IMG/VR virus record: IMGVR_UViG_3300045988_015741
Span: 1 to 6,397 of that record
Reading direction: 5' to 3' (one strand)
Length of the DNA stretch: 6,397 nucleotides
Source of the DNA: a virus
The number at the start of each line of letters is the position of its first letter. The first letter of the stretch is position 1. The translations under genes were made by a program, and so were the position numbers. The notes under the pieces were generated by a model. That model saw only the letters and a program-made list of their open reading frames with translations, made no database searches and had not been told where the DNA came from. Below are positions 5,141 through 6,397 of the stretch, piece by piece.

Positions 5141-6397
5141 TTAGTAAGGTACACCATCACGAGACAAATTACGGGCAACATAGCAACCAATATAAGAATT
5201 AATCAACAGTTGGTCGGTATCCCAAGTAGAATCCGCAGCAACTCCGAATATCGGGTCAAGAACAGAAGGATTGACCTTAAAAAACTTATAATTCAAAACA
5301 ACCTTGTTACCTTCATTGATATCTCCTTCATTGTATCCAAAACCAAACCATCCGGAAAGAAGAGACTCGGTAACAGGAGATACCCAAGATTTAAGAGTAG
5401 TAGTAAACGCACCGTTAATGACATCAAGTTTTGTCTTCCAATTGAAATAACGAGGATTATAACCTGCATTGAACAAATTGACAATAGAAGCTTTTGGGGA
5501 ATTGAAAATTTGTGTCATAGGAAGAACTTCCATACCAATATTATCAAACTCGGGAATTGGGAGAGACTCGGCATCAGTTACAAGCAACTGACCATCTTGG
5601 CCGGTAAGTGTATAATCGAGCAAAGGAACAGCGTGATAAATACACATAACGACACAATGTTCATCAGTAGTGTAAGTGAAAGAACCATTTCCAGCACCGA
5701 CACCCTTACCAGCAATAACAGCAGTATCACCTTCAGCAGCAAGGTTATTGTTCACAACTTCACTGATATCAAGATTACGAGAGATACCACCAATATAGGT
5801 ACACATATTAGAAAGGGCTTGGGGCAAGTTCACACCAAAGTGTTTGCGAATCTGTTCACGATAATCCGAATCACCGGATTGAGAGATTTCCTTCCAACGC
5901 TGAAGAGCTTCAGCCTGGCGAAGCGCAAGTACCGTAAATTGAGATTGCAAAGTTGATAAATCAACACAAAGGGAAGAACCCAAAGGTATTGTATTAGAGG
6001 CAGAGGCTTGCAAAGCAAAGAAAGGAACTGGAGCAGAACTAGAACTAACGGCAGAAGCAACACCTATCTTACTCTTTTTATTATCAGAACGTAAAACAAC
6101 ATCGGAAGCTCCTGAATTAGGAATATCAATAACAGCAACATCTCCAAATTGAGAATTCGGAAGAACACCCATTAACAGATCCTTGTTCCAGTTACAATAT
6201 TTGAGGTCAAACATTGTATCAGATTTCCAATATGGATCAGAAGCAAGAGGAAGAGAAGATGTTAAAAGAGGAGAAACGCCGGAAAAATAATCCACGTTAT
6301 AAGAGGAAGGATTAGCATTTTCCCATTGATTCCATCGAAAGAAATCCTGATAAATCTTTTGATAAGCAAGAAGAGGGAAAATATTTACATAATTATT
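5141..6397 (-). CDS. VP1: Major capsid protein VP1, C-terminal part. Positions 6271-6397 duplicate 1-127.
   Basis: Track ORF 5141..6295 (TAA at 5143-5141) stays open up to the window end in the same frame. Its listed start is a GVS-context GTG (N-V-D-Y-F in the continuous protein), not a real initiation site. The joined gene is 718 + 1130 = 1848 nt, giving 615 aa. Confidence 0.93.
   Translation of the reverse strand, partial: NNYVNIFPLLAYQKIYQDFFRWNQWENANPSSYNVDYFSGVSPLLTSSLPLASDPYWKSDTMFDLKYCNWNKDLLMGVLPNSQFGDVAVIDIPNSGASDVVLRSDNKKSKIGVASAVSSSSAPVPFFALQASASNTIPLGSSLCVDLSTLQSQFTVLALRQAEALQRWKEISQSGDSDYREQIRKHFGVNLPQALSNMCTYIGGISRNLDISEVVNNNLAAEGDTAVIAGKGVGAGNGSFTYTTDEHCVVMCIYHAVPLLDYTLTGQDGQLLVTDAESLPIPEFDNIGMEVLPMTQIFNSPKASIVNLFNAGYNPRYFNWKTKLDVINGAFTTTLKSWVSPVTESLLSGWFGFGYNEGDINEGNKVVLNYKFFKVNPSVLDPIFGVAADSTWDTDQLLINSYIGCYVARNLSRDGVPY
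6271..6397. repeat. Terminal direct repeat, right copy (identical to 1-127)
   Basis: Exact 127-nt identity with the start of the window. See the left copy. Confidence 0.97.

Noticed and set aside
56-5956. All plus-strand ORFs that overlap genes: 56..241, 416..787, 3522..3731, 3747..3950, 4185..4628, 4796..5131 and 5210..5956 (the last is 248 aa)
   Set aside because: Each one is in the antisense frame exactly aligned with the sense codons. I checked the arithmetic for each, for example 6293-5210=1083 and 4641-4185=456, both divisible by 3. In that frame a stop requires the sense codons TTA, CTA or TCA, which this genome largely avoids in favour of T-ending codons, so long open antisense frames are expected. 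The proteins are low-complexity and S/R/I/N-rich, and no microvirus is known to code on the complementary strand.
403-6063. Same-strand overlapping ORFs: 403..663, 1013..1231, 1367..1897 (176 aa), 2078..2389 (103 aa, very hydrophobic), 3728..3946, 4717..4920, 5293..5484 and 5830..6063. They are tempting as phiX174-style overprinted genes (B, K or E-like).
   Set aside because: Every one is in the +1 frame of its host gene, with offsets of 550, 58, 1216, 697, 205, 811, 232 and 55, all equal to 1 mod 3. With T dominating codon position 3, +1-frame stops (which need A or G at that position) are depleted, and the frame is enriched in Leu/Phe codons. That explains both the length and the hydrophobicity of these ORFs. 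The 176-aa and 103-aa ORFs inside VP4 could still be tested by looking for suppressed synonymous variation in VP4 across relatives, but nothing in this sequence alone supports them.
6293-6295. GTG start codon assigned by the ORF track to the 384-aa ORF
   Set aside because: The frame is open upstream to the window end and continues through the repeat to the ATG at 718. This GTG encodes an internal valine (…SSYNVDYFSG…).

Overview
The window is a complete, linearised circular Microviridae ssDNA phage genome of a non-phiX, gokushovirus/alpavirus-like type. Bases 1-127 are repeated exactly at 6271-6397, so the unique circle is 6270 nt. All credible genes lie on the minus strand, which is therefore the sense and probably the packaged strand. 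They form one compact array, in transcription order: candidate promoter (~3124-3057), 57-aa Cys/His-rich ORF (3014-2841), 29-aa membrane peptide (2851-2762), peptidase-M15-like cell-wall hydrolase (2752-2444), VP4 rolling-circle replication initiator (2447-747), VP1 major capsid protein (718-1, continuing 6270-5141 across the linearisation point; 615 aa in total), acidic 160-aa VP3-like protein (5125-4643), VP2 DNA pilot protein (4643-3519), and an intrinsic terminator (3461-3421). Adjacent genes are joined by ATGA and TAATG overlaps. No start codon has a Shine-Dalgarno sequence, and two TAnnTTTG boxes sit upstream of the array, which suggests a Bacteroidetes host. The most unusual element is a ~290-nt ORF-poor island at 3129-3420, between the terminator and the promoter. 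It is ~51% G+C and lies next to a 15% G+C tract. It contains several perfect nested stems and an apparent internal degenerate duplication. I could not assign it to any RNA family or origin type from the sequence alone. A second point of interest is the endolysin-type peptidase with an adjacent small transmembrane ORF, which would be a dsDNA-phage-style lysis module in a microvirus. All other ORFs in the track fall into two frames that the strong third-position T bias predicts to be open, so I treat them as artefacts.
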